In this document: positions 23,901 through 36,134 of the stretch, in pieces
How positions within the stretch are numbered: the first letter of the stretch is position 1
How the letters are laid out: each line of letters starts with the position of its first letter
Assembly (NCBI RefSeq): GCF_963921235.1
Contig: NC_086097.1
Span: forward strand, 134,852,001 to 134,916,000
From: Mobula hypostoma
Lineage: Eukaryota
Direction: 5' to 3'
DNA length: 64,000 nt
Translations under genes and position numbers: made by a program
Notes under the pieces: generated by a model
Database searches by the model: none
What the model was told of the DNA's origin: nothing
What the model saw: only the letters and a program-made list of their open reading frames with translations

Positions 23901-26849
23901 CGGTACAAGGCATTTTACAAATCAATTAACTCATACTGCAGAGGGCTCATCAACAAATCAATAAATTAAATGGAGGAAGCGCCACAGACAAAGGTATAAA
24001 TAAATGCATTGTGAAAAAGTTGAATAATTCAGTAGAACATTAAACTCAGAGAGCAGCAAATAACAAAACAAATTCACCGTGTACCAGGCATTGCTACATC
24101 CCAAAAGATTAAAGGGAAAATAAATCATAAATTAACTTAATGACACTGCAGGGACACCAACAAATAAATAAACAAATGGAATAAATTCATAACCAGTATG
24201 GCAAATCAATAAATGAAGAAGCATGCAGCAGTGAATTAGTAAATTGATAATGTACTGCAAGTAAAATGAATAAGGTAAGTCAGCAGACACAAGTATAAAA
24301 TTAACAGGTTAACAAGCAGCAGACGTCATTGTATCAATACAGGATAAGATACCAGTAGTTATTGAGAAATTGGGGACGAGGCTTGGGGTCAGAAATGTTA
24401 GAACACAAGTGTTGGAAGTTCTAGTTTACTACTCCAATGACTCAACAGGCACTTCATCAGGCTCTCCACGGTATATATGAAGAAATTGGCAAGTGCCTTC
24501 AGTGACATTACAATTCTTCTCAAACTCCCAATGAAATATAGCCGTTGCCATGCCAACGAAGCAAGGAAACACTACATTCAATTAATTTGCACTCACCTCA
24601 GAAGGCTGTGGCTTCAACCCTACCACAGGGATTTGAGCACAAAATCTCAGGATATGCTGCTGTCTGAAATGCCATTCTTTCAGACAAAATATTCGACTGA
24701 GACCCTAATTAACCCCTCAGCGCACTCCAGGTAAAGGATTCCGCAAGACTACATCACGAATGGTATTGGTAAGCCTGCCTCTAAATGGGCAAAAAGCAAG
24801 ATTCAGTAAGGAGAACTGCGATTTGCAAAGGCCGCAAGTCAAAGAAGGTGAATGAGGGGGAAAGCTCTGGATGAGAATGGACAGACATGTGTCTACCTGC
24901 TGGATAAACAACCTGACCCCCTTCGACGATTTTTGTAAAAATACATGATGAACAGTTGAGTGAAAATACCGTGTTATGCTTCGTGTGGATGGGGCAAATG
25001 GTATGGAAGTTTCTGTAGAATTTCATAAGCTTTTAGTTAAGTAGCTCCACAATACCACCTGCAAAGGAGGTCTGAAATAGGGACTACAAGATTATTTCAA
25101 TACTCAACAAAAAATACTGCTCAAAGGAGCAGCAATCATCTGACAGTTCCCTTGGCCTGCCTCTACCTGATGTCAGTTGTGACGGTGTAATAAAACACTT
25201 GTTGTTTGAGAGGCTGGAGATGTATTCTTCCTGTTCAAAAGGCAGGCTGCCATATTCTGCTCTTGCTGCCACTTGGTAAAAATGTAGCTTTAAAACTTGG
25301 CAATTTGTAAACTGAGTCCACTTCGTATTTTTGTTGGGCACCCAGACACCTTGGGTCAATGTCTCAACTGCAAGAACTGATGATTAAAGGTTCAACAAGC
25401 TCATTTACTGTTCCTACACAAAACAAAATGCTAGTTATGGACACACTTTTATTCAATCAGCTACCTAGTTTTCATTGAATTAGAAGTCTTGAAAGTACAA
25501 ACACGCAGGCCAATAAATCTTTAAAACTCTTCTTAATGACGATATCAGATAATCCAGCAGGAAACACATGAATATTTTTATTTTAAGAGCAAATTTCTTG
25601 GTATAAAAGCAAAAATTGAACTTATTTACATATGCTCAAAACATCAATCGCTTATGAAAACTGTTTAAGCAAAAATACATTGAATAAAGTTGCTAAGGAA
25701 TTTGTAATCCCACGTACCACTAAAATTGTAAGGTAGAGCCATTGCCCAAGAACTGAGAAAATACAATTTGATTGTCAATCAGGAAATAAAAGAAAACACT
25801 TATTAAAACATTATATAAGTCTGCCCCAGAGTCCACAAGTCAAAATCTGTAAGTGAACTTTTGGATTAGCTAATTGAAGCTCATGTTCACAACTACATTT
25901 TATATTAAAACCACTTTTGCTGGGAAAATATTCTAAAACTAGGGTTCAGAAATGCATTCCAGTCAATTTTCCTTGCCAAGATATTTCACGATTGTCAAGA
26001 GCTTCCTAAGGCACACAATATAGAGCAGATAAAAATCAATAATGGTTTCAGAATGCTCAGTTGTTATAGATGTTGAATTTTCAGCAATCAATGTGCACAC
26101 AACAAAGCTCTGGTAAACAATAACAAGATAATAGCCAGAAGTTTTTAAAGTGACAAGTAATCAGAGAAACCCTGCTCTTCTTTAAAATAGTTTTGTTGGA
26201 TTGGCAATAGCCACCCCAGCAGAGCAAACACAAAACTGAAAGGTCCATGAATTCATATTCTTCAAAATAACAACTGTTCTTTCTTCAAAAGAAAACAATT
26301 TCAATCATATCTGGATAAGAAGTTTGAACAATACCACAAAATACTGCATATTCCCACTAAACTTTATAATCGAACCCTGGATTATAGGTTGAAAATACAG
26401 TAGTACAAAGTACTGCACAATAATTTAGCACATAGGTACCCATATACATACAAAATAGCCACTTAAATATTTATGTTGGCAAAAATACATCACCAACACA
26501 CACAAATAAAAACATATTCAGAAGTCATGCTGTGCATTATGAAAACAGACTACACTGGAAGTACGTAGTTCCAATGAAAAACTAGTAACCTAAAACATGC
26601 ACATCATTTCCTGTTTTCCACAACCCAAGTGCAATCAATTTGAGGAACTGAGATGGGGCTGAAGGGAAGAGGCCTGTTTATGTGATGCATCTCGGACTTT
26701 CACGACTTCCACATCAGTTTCCCAGGGTAATATGCACTCAGATTTGCTTAATCTTTTATTTTAAATTCACAGTGGGACACAGATCAAACACATGTTACAC
26801 CCACTAGCTAATAAGTTTAAAAAAATGAGGTATATCACAAAACAAATAG

Positions 26850-27290
26850 TGCAGCACAGGAACAGGTTCTTTGGCCTGTGATACCTGTACCAAACACAAT
26901 GCTGAATTAAAGTCGCTCTCTCCTGCCTGCACGTGATCCATATTCATTCATTCCTTGCATGTTAATTTGCCTTGCTAATGCCCCCATTATGCTGCAGCCT
27001 CTTCCAGGCAACTACCACTATGTAAACAAACATGCCCTGGCCTACACCCTCTTACTTTACATGCACGTCCTCCAGTACTTGCTATTTCTACACTGGGAAA
27101 AAGATTCTGACCATCTATCCTATCAATGCCTCTCATAATTGTATAACTTTCTCCTGGGTCTTCCTTCAGCCTCTGATATTGCAGAGAACACAACCCAAGT
27201 TTGACCAACCTCTTGTAGTTCACATCATCTAATCCAGACATCATCGTGGGATATCTCTTCTACACCCTCTCCAAAGCCTCCAAATTCTTC
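26850..27290 (-). mobile_element. CR1 3' fragment
   Basis: RLVKLGLCSLQYQRLKED..YTIMRGIDRID on minus strand. Confidence 0.75.
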
Positions 27291-27819
27291 TTGGCCAACT
27301 AAATCAATAGCACCACTCAATTAAAAACTCCAGTACTTCTCATCCAGAAAAGCTCTGCTTTACAGCATATCTAAAGTCCTAGTTTATATTTAGTGTTTTT
27401 CCAAAAGGTACAACGTAAAAGTACTGCTGCTGCAGGCAATTTTACATAAATAGCATAATGCTGCTTGTGGTGCAAACAAAACAGTGCAAACAGAATTGGC
27501 TGGCTATTTCGTCTGAAATCCCGCTGTGCAAACACAAGTCGTTGCTCCGAAGATTTTATTGTAAACAAACGGAATCTTTATGCATGTATGAGAAGATGCC
27601 AAATAGGTGGATGGTCCATTTGACATCTTGTATATAAGTTGTCTACCTTTAGATCTTGTTCGCCACAAAAGGACAAACTGGTTATTTAAAATCTTGCCAC
27701 GAGCAGAAGGGCACACCCTGTGAGCTTCCTGTGCACCGAAACAGCCCGGCTCCTCCAGTGCATTTAAACACACTGGCTTACCCTGAGATCCTCCTATGAA
27801 CAGTTACCCCAGCCCCTCA

Positions 27820-28270
27820 CAACGCGCAGTTTCTCGTTACCCAACAATGTCAGTAGTGCATGCGCCTCCAGTGGACGGGAGGGCCGAGGAGAGTGCGAGT
27901 GGGATGTGCCTGGCGCCATGAAGATGTAGGGGCAGCCTCACCTGCCTCACGTTACCCGGCAGTTTGGCCCAGGGGTAGTTCTGGCGAATGTGAAACTCCA
28001 CGTCGATGTTCATGGCGAGCGGCCTGTCAGACTGTCACCACCGCTGGCGTCTCCTCTTCAGTCCATGGCCGGAGCTCAGCTGTAATCCAAACGGCCGTCG
28101 GAGCTCGCACTGTTTCGCACCCTCACCGGCCGACAAACACCAACGTCTCCCTCCCTGCACCTTTCGCTCACTGGTACCCCGGCGCCATAGCGGCCCACCC
28201 GGCGTGCGCATGCGCCAACCCAGACCTGGAGCGCAGACGCACTCAGATCTGGACATACTTGTAGTTTCAT
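27820..28270 (-). promoter_or_regulatory. CpG-rich FAM91A1 promoter/5' region with NRF1 motif
   Basis: Local GC and CpG enrichment in an otherwise CpG-poor window; TGCGCATGCGC (NRF1 consensus) at 28205-28215; no TATA box seen. Confidence 0.8.
27942..28013 (-). CDS. FAM91A1: FAM91A1 coding exon 1 (MNIDVEFHIRQNYPWAKLPGNVRQ)
   Basis: ATG in GCCATGA context at 28013; 72 nt; donor GTGAGG follows. The peptide is near-identical to the vertebrate FAM91A1 N-terminus as recalled (MNIDVEFHIRHNYPWNKLPANVRQ). Confidence 0.97.
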
Positions 28271-28754
28271 GGTTGTTGGCAGACCCACATAAGGTGCATT
28301 ACCGCCACCTACTGAATTGGAGTGTGGAGCAAAGAGTCACCCACAAAATACACCCCTCCAAAAGGAAAACTCAAATGACATCAAAAAAGTCTAATGCTTT
28401 ACAGAAATATACACTACTATACATTACAATGGCAGTGATATCCTACAACCTTTCCATGTTGAACTGTGTCTGTTCCAAAGATCTCAATTTAGCAATTGAA
28501 TGTTTCCTTTGCACCTCATACGAACTGCATATCTTGACAAGGGCCCTCACTACAAATGCCTGCATCATGCATACTAATTCTGACAAGGTATTATTCAACC
28601 TAATATGCAAGTGTGTAAGTATAACTTCTTCCCTCCTTTTATACACATTTTCCAGTTGCGTTCCCACCAGTTTGCTCCCTTGTTTCCTTCAACCCCAACG
28701 TGGGCAAGAACCTGTGGTGGGATTCTACCATTAAACATACCTTTACCTACTCGC

Positions 28755-29096
28755 CCCATCTCCACTTTCCACAGGGACCGCTACCTCCATGATTCCCTTG
28801 TCCACTTGTCCCTCCCTACCAATCTCCCTCCTGGCACTTACCCCTGCAAAAGCCCTATACCTACCCATTCATCTCCTCCTTCACCTCCATTCAAGTGCCC
28901 AAACAGTCCTTCCAGGTGAGGCAACACTTCAGCTGCAAATCTGCTGGGATTGCCTATTGTGTCCAGTGCTCCCAATGCAGCCTCCTCTACATCGATGAGA
29001 CCTGTCATAAATCGGGGGACCGCCTTGTCAAGCACCTCCACACCATCCACCAAAAGCGGAGCTTCCTGTTGGCCAAACACTTTAATTCCAATTCCT
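28755..29096 (+). mobile_element. Penelope-like element GIY-YIG endonuclease remnant
   Basis: PKQSFQVRQHFSCKSAGIAYCVQCSQCSLLYIDET..GDRLVKHL..LAKHFNS: GIY-YIG (IAY..YID) with a CxxC/His motif. Confidence 0.85.
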
Positions 29097-29879
29097 AGAA
29101 TTCATTCTCTTTGGACTTATGGTGCCAGAAACTTTTAAACGGTACTCTCATGCAGTGCTAGACAATGTTATGGAGAATCAGAAAGTCAGGGAGACAGAGT
29201 GTGGCTTCAGAAATGCTCCGCTGTCTCCCTACACTGGTCATATTCAACCAAGGCCAGAGCAGATTGCTGAGGAGATCCTCAGCACAAGTGGCCAATGGTC
29301 AATGATCAGGAGCAGGGACTGCAGCGAAGTCTGTAACTAAACAGCAAACTCTTCAAATATCGAGCTTCCAATGTGGAACATGGACTCATTCAGATCACAA
29401 GCATTACAGGTGGTTTGGGAGCCTCAAGCTATACAACCACCACTACAGAACTAGAAAAGTACAGAAGAGAATTACCAGAATGAGGGACTATTGTTTTCAG
29501 TGAATCAAACAACTCATTCAGTTCACACTGTCTGTGTTAGCTCTTTGAAAGATCTATCTGATTAGACTTTGTACGCCCTTTGTTTCAACTACAGGCATCC
29601 AAGTTTTGATCTTTCAAGTACTTATCCAATTTTCCTTTCAATAAATGTCACTCTACCTATGTTTTAGGGGCTTCTCAGCATAATCAGAATCAGAATCAGG
29701 CTTATGTTGTGAAGTGTATTGGCAGTAGTACATTGCACTACATAATATATGTTACAAAAGTGTGTGTATATACTATATGTTTATCTATATATACCGTATA
29801 TAAACAATTGAACAAGTTGTGCAAAATGGAGAAATGTAGTGAGGTAAAAAAAATCAAACGAAAGATAGGGTGTTAATAA

Positions 29880-30470
29880 TGGGTCGTGAGCACCTGCTCA
29901 ACACTGCCTTGATTTTGGGACTGACACTGGGTTGACACGCAGGGGATTTCAAGTGGGCAACCTCCTTCCTCTATATTTTATCAATTAGCCCACTACATCT
30001 CCAGAGGGCTGGACAATGACTTCTGGCGTCCCAGAGTCACCCTGCGTTGTGTCCTCCCACACTCTTGATGCTATCTTGGAGCCCAGGAGGGGCCTTTTCA
30101 CTTGATCCAAGGCCATTGGCTACTTCTTTCTGCTGCCTCTGATGTGGCTCTGAAGGTTTGCCATAGAGTCTGACCATGGATCCACAGCCCCTTCAGCAAT
30201 TTGTTGCTGGATGTGGCTATAAATCCCCTACAGCCCACTTCCACAGGGCAAACTTTAGTTTTCCAGCCCCGTCGCTGAGCTTCAGCTGATAGGTATGCAT
30301 AACAGAGCCTCTTGTGTTCATAGGCTTCAGCCTCTGAATTCCCCCATGGGACTGCGAGTTCCACAATGCAGACGATCTGGAATGAATTGGACCAGAGAAC
30401 CAAGACTGGCCTGAGGTTGGTGGTAGCAGTTTCTAGTGGAAGGGTGAGTTGTATCCAAGGACTCATTCCC
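29880..30470 (-). mobile_element. HERO-like non-LTR retrotransposon 3' fragment (restriction-like endonuclease domain)
   Basis: LRPVLVLWS..IVELAVPWG..EAYEHKRLCYA..GWKTKVCPVEVGCRGF resembles the RLE domain consensus LRPDxVLWS..ELTVPWE..K..Y..VEVGCRGF. Confidence 0.8.
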
Positions 30471-30471
30471 T

Positions 30472-31790
30472 ATTCAGAAATCTGATGATTGAGGGAAAGT
30501 AGGGGTTCCTGAAATGTTCAGTATGTATGCCAGGCTCCTGTACCTCCTCCTTGATGGTAGCAATAAGAAGAGGCCATGTTCTGGGTGACGAGGGTCCTTA
30601 GTGATAGATGCCACGTTTTTGAGGCATTGCCTTTTGAAGGGATCCTTGATACTGAAGAGACCTGTGCTCATGATGAAGCTGACTAAGTTTACAACTCTCT
30701 GCAGCTTATTTCAATCCTGTGCAGTAGCCCCCTCCCCACACCAGACAGTAATTCAGCCTGTTCGAATGCTACTCATGGTACAACTATAGACATTTGAGGA
30801 TCATTGGCAACATATCAAAACTCTTCAAACTCCAAATGAAATATAGTCACTGTTGTGCCTCCTTCATAACTGCATTGATATGTTGAGCCCAGGATAGATC
30901 CTCAGAGATGTTGATACCCAGGAACTTGAAACTGCTCACTCTTTCCAATTCTGATCCCTCTATGAGGACTGGTGTGTGTTACCTCGTCTTATCCTTCCTG
31001 AAGTCCACAGTCAGCTCTTTGGTCTTACTGATGTAGAGTGCAAGTTTATTGCTGCAATACCACTCAACTGGCTGATATCTCTCACTCTTGTATGCCCTCT
31101 CATCACCATCTGAAATTCTGCCAACAATAGGTGTTGAGCTCATCCGGGAGAGAAGCATCGCAGCCATTCACGATGTTAAGTTTCATTTTGTAGGAAGTAA
31201 GGACCTGCAAACTCTGCCAAAGCGGACGTGCATCCATCTCTAACCTCAATTGGAATTGCCTTTCACTCTTAAATAGCCTTATGCAGCTCTTACCAGACTT
31301 CTTGTGTAGTTCTGGATCACTGGTCATGAATGCTATCTCTCAGCAGACTTCAAATCTCCTGATTCATCCATGGCTTTTGGTTTGGGTATGTCCGGTATGT
31401 TCTCCAAGGCACACACTCATCCGCATAGGTCTTGGAGAAGTCGGTGACAATGGTGGCATATTCATTCAGATTCTAGGATGAATTCCTGAATATCGCTCAG
31501 TGTACTGACTCAAAGCAGTCCTGTAAGTGCTCCTCAGCCCCCTTGACCATACCTTCTCGGTCCTCACCACTGGTCTTTAGCTTCTGCCTATGCGCTGGTG
31601 TAGAAGTACAGCCAGGTGATTGGACTTTCCAAAGTATGGGCAAGGGATGGCATGGTAAGCTTTCCTGATGGTGGTCAGGTGTGCTGGCTCCTCTGGTTTC
31701 TCATGTAATATGTTGGTGGTGGTGTTCAGAGACTTCTTCCAGCTGACCTGGTTGAAATTCCAGCATCAAGCTCACTGCACCAAAAAAATT
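30472..31790 (-). mobile_element. Rex1/Babar fragment with internal deletion
   Basis: DARPLWQSLQ..DASLPDELN joined directly to IVGRISDGDERAY..KTKELTVDFRK and LLPSRRRYRSL. Confidence 0.8.
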
Positions 31791-31854
31791 CTCTTGATCT
31801 CTCTTCTGACCATCTTCCAGTGTCTGTCCTGTTACCACTGATCTTCCATCCCAA

Positions 31855-32180
31855 ACTGTGGATTTCAGGCAGGGGAAGTTGGGAGAACACACACACACCA
31901 TTGAGGGATCACTGGTGGAAAGGGTGAGTGGCTTCAAGCTTCTGGGAGTCAACGTTTTAGAGGATCTATCCAGGGCCCAAAATAAAATGCAGTCACAAAG
32001 AGATTCGGTATGTTACCAGAAACATTTGCAAATTTCAATAGATATACAGTGGAGAGCAAACCTAGCTCTTCGCATCACTACCTGATGTGGAGGCTCCAAT
32101 GCACAGCATTGCAAGTGGCTACAGAGGGTTGAAGACTCAACTGGCTCCATCACGGGCACATTTCTCCCCACCATTGAGGA
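31855..32180 (+). mobile_element. Rex1/Babar fragment
   Basis: VDFRQGK..IEGSLVERVSGFKLLGVNVLEDLS. Confidence 0.7.
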
Positions 32181-32574
32181 GCAAACATAAGGGTGATAAA
32201 AAGTTAATTGAAGTTAGTGAATTATACAGAATTCAAAAAGAACAATTTTCCAGTCCACGTGTTTTCATTTATACTCCGTGTGAGCTTCTTGTCACCCTCC
32301 CTTCATCCAGCACTACCCACGTATTAGAAAAGGCTTTGTGAAAAGTTCTGTGATTTTATTTTGCAGGTGCATGTCATGGAAATCATTAGTTGGTGCAACT
32401 GTGAACTGGTACTGAGTGTTTAGGACTGATAGGGGGAATTGACATTATGAAATAGATAACAAAGCTGGCACATGTAAGGCAAACAGTCCTGGTCCTTGTG
32501 TGTATTGCTAGAAATCAATAAATTCTTTCACTTCATTACATATTTACTAATGCTCACACGATCGAAATATAGAA

Positions 32575-33606
32575 CAAAGAACATAGAATGGAACAACAAA
32601 GGAACAGGCCTTTCAGCCCGCAGTGATGTTCTACAACAATTAAATTAATAATCAAACGGCCAACTAAACTAATCTCTTGTGCCTGCACAATGTCCGTATT
32701 CTCCCATTTTCCTCACATTTATGTGCCTAACTAAACGTCTCTTAAAGATCTCTGATGTTTCTGTACTACCACCACCCCAGGCACCCACTACTCTGTGTGT
32801 AAAAAACTTACTCCTCACATCTCCTTTGAAATGACCCCCTCTCACCTTAATACATGCCCTCCGGTATGAGACATTTCAACTCTGGAAAAAAGATATTGTT
32901 TGTCTACCCTATCTTTGCCTCTCGTCTTATAAACCTCCAGATCTCCCCTCAGCCTCCGCCACTCCAGAGAAAGCAACACAAATGTGTCCAACCTCTTGTT
33001 ACAGCATATGCCTGCTAGTCCAGGCAATATCCTGGTAAACCTCTTCAGCACCCTCTCCAAAGCCTCAATATCCTTCCTTTACTGGGGTGACAAAAACTGT
33101 ATGCAATACTCTGGAGGTGGTGCAACTAGAGTTTTATAAACCTGCAACATAACTTCCTGGTTTTTGAACTCAGTGTCTTGACCAGTAGAGACAAACATGC
33201 CATATGTCTTCTTAACCACCTGATCAACCTATGTAGCAAGTTGCTATGAACTTAGATCCCAAGATCACTCTGCTCATCAGTATTGTAAAGGATCTTGCCC
33301 ATAACAGTGTATTGTCCCTCTACATTTGACCTACCAAGAGAAACACTTCATATTTGGCTAGATAAAACTCCATCTGCCATTTTCCCTGCCCATATCTGCA
33401 ACTGATCGACATCTTGTTGTATTCTTTGCCAGCCTTCTACACTATCCACAGCACAACCAATCTTTGTATCATCTGCAAACTTACTAACCTACCCATCTGC
33501 ATTTCAATCCAGGTCATTTATATATATCACCAACAGCAGAGGTTGCAGTACAGATCCCTGCAGAACACCACTAATCATAGACCTTCAGCCAGAATAAGTC
33601 CCTTCA
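32575..33606 (-). mobile_element. CR1 3' fragment; a short continuation appears at about 34864-34882 after a nested Rex1
   Basis: LERVLKRFTRILPGL..LEWRRLRGDLEVYK; KFADD region at about 33470. Confidence 0.8.
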
Positions 33607-34863
33607 AGGATGTAATCCCGGCTACCTTAGACCAGCACCAATTTGCCTACAAGGCAAATGTATCAACTGAAGATGCCGTTTCATCACCCTTCATACTGTC
33701 TTGGAACACCTGGAGCACGAAGACACCATCGTCAGGTTGTTTTTCATTAATTACAGCTCAGCCTTTAATACCGTACTGCCCAACAAGCTGACTGTCAAGC
33801 TCCACAATCAAGGTCTTGGCACATCAACCTGTAATTGGATCTTGGACTTCCTCACTAACAATCATACCCAGACAGTGAAACGAGGCAAGTGCACATCAAC
33901 CAGCTCCCCCGGCCCCCCAACCCTGAACACCGGTGCCCCACAGGGGTGTGTTCTGAGCCCACTTCTCCACCCTCTCGTCACCTATGACTGCACTCTTGCT
34001 CATGCTACAAACTCAATCATCAAATTTGCCGATGACACAACTGTGATTAGCCTAATCTCAGACAATAACGAATCTGCCTATAGGCAGGAGGTGTTGAAAC
34101 TGTCCAGTTGGTGCAGGAACTACAACCTATCATTCACAATCAAGATGACAAAAGAAATGATCATTGATTTCAGGAGGGCAAGGTCCTGAACAAGCTCCAC
34201 TGTTCATTAATGGAGATGTTGTGGAAAGGCTCTCCAGTTTCAAGTTTTTGGGGATGAACATCACTGAGGAGCTCTCCTGGTCTGTCAATACAACCTCGAT
34301 GGTAGGGAAGGTACAACAATGACTATACTATCCAAGGGGCTTAAGGAAAGCTAATCTGCCCCAAAAACTGCTGGCCAACTTTTGTTGATGTGTGGTAGTG
34401 AGCATACAGACATACCGAATGACAGTGTGGTACTCTAGCTGCAGCAAGACAGATCACAAAACACTCCAATGGGTGATTAGGATGGCTCAGCACATCGATG
34501 GGGCTCAACTACCAGATTTGGAAACAATCTACAACTCTCAATGCCTACAGCATCATTAAGACCCATCCCGTCCCATCCCAGACACTGCTCAATCTTCTGC
34601 TATCTGGTAGGAGATATAGAAACATCTTAAGAATGAAAAACAGCTTCTTCCTGAGAGCCGCTGTGTAGCTGGATATGCTACACCCCGACTTAACAATGGC
34701 CTTTGAGTGCTATGGATGATCATAGTCACTTGTTGCATGTAAATATGGGATGTTTTAAAAATTTTCCGTACCACGTTCATTGTAGATATATGTAAAGCGC
34801 GGACAGGAGTAGCACCGCAATCTCATTGTCTTGAGCAATGACAATACATTTCCATTCTATTCT
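33607..34863 (+). mobile_element. Rex1/Babar LINE (RT to 3' end) nested in CR1
   Basis: QFAYKAN.STEDA, FINYSSAFNT, GAPQGCVLSPLL, KFADDTT, KTKEMIIDFRR-like motifs; ATTCT-repeat tail. Confidence 0.9.
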
Positions 34864-36134
34864 ACCCTCTGTCTTCTATGGCTTCTACAGATATATTAAG
34901 ATCAAAAAGATAGCAAGAATCTCAAGATAGCAAAGGTTCATTTATTATCAAAGCACGTATCTGTATATAACTCTGAAATCTGTCTTCTCCAGATAACCAC
35001 AAAACAAAGAAAGAACATGAAAGTCATTCAGCGAGAAACATCAAACCCAACCCCTCCCTCCCCTGCACAAAATGGAACAGGGACATCGACCCCCCCCCCC
35101 AAAACAATCCCTCCCCTGCACAAAAAAGCTAAGAGCACAACAGAACATCAACTCCCAAGCACCCTCCCCTCGCTTAACAAAATTGAAAAGGAATGGGCAG
35201 CAAAAAACACAAAATATAAAAACCATAAGTCTGAAAAAGTCTACGGTCCATAATTGCAGAACCATGATACCATCCTCCAAAATAAAACCATTCGAGAATC
35301 TAGTAATTCTTGAAAAATCATTACTAATACCTCTACATCTCTTCAGCCTCCTCTTTCCGAACTCTGGGGTGTACACCATCTGGTCCAGGTGACTTATCTA
35401 CTTTCAGACCTTTCAGTTTTCCAAGAACCTTCTCTCTAGTTATGGTAACTTCACACACTGCATGACCCCTGACACCTGGAACTTCCACCATACTGCTAGC
35501 GTCTTCCAAAGTAAAGGCTGAGGCAAACTACTTACTCAGTTCATCTGCCATTTCGTTGTCACCCATTACTAACTCTCCAACATCATTTTCCAACGGTCTG
35601 ATATCCACTCTTGCCTCTCTTTCACACTTTATATATCTGAAGAAATACCACTGAGATCGTTCGAAGGAAAGGGACACCATACACGGCAGGGAGGCCTACT
35701 CACCTGCCACAGTGAGCTAAACAGCGATAGACTGCTCACAGATTCCTTCTCTGGCAGCAATCAAAAGGAAGACAGTGAACCCTCACTCGCCTTCCGCATT
35801 CACCTCAATGTCTCAATCTTCCTCGATACTTTAATCAGCAATTAGTCGACGCTTTAACCAGTGAAATGGAGCTGAACATTGGATTGTGCCCTGTCTCAAA
35901 GTTTCTTCGCACTGAGGCTGTCCAAGTACACGATCGCTTCCTGGAATCTTCTCAGAGACAGCAAAGTGCTGGATCACTCTCTAACGAACTCTAATCTGTA
36001 AATCACAGGCTCTAACATTCTCAGAAATACATCTAAGGTGAAAAACAGACATAAAATAGACATTTTCGTGAGCTATCTGGAAAATGTTGGCCGAGGGAGC
36101 ATTGTACGGCTGATGCCATTTTGATCTGGTTCCC

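Noticed and set aside
23940..24350. A-rich region with many AATAAA motifs as a polyadenylation site
   Set aside because: Low-complexity sequence on the strand opposite FAM91A1, with no associated plus-strand transcript evidence.
24946..25076. Possible C/D snoRNA (ATGATGA ... CTGA)
   Set aside because: It is on the strand opposite the host gene, with no terminal stem or recognisable rRNA guide.
28006..28734. 242-aa plus-strand ORF, the longest in the track
   Set aside because: It is antisense to the FAM91A1 5' UTR/promoter, its first part lies in stop-poor GC-rich DNA, and it has no recognisable domain or consistent composition; likely chance.
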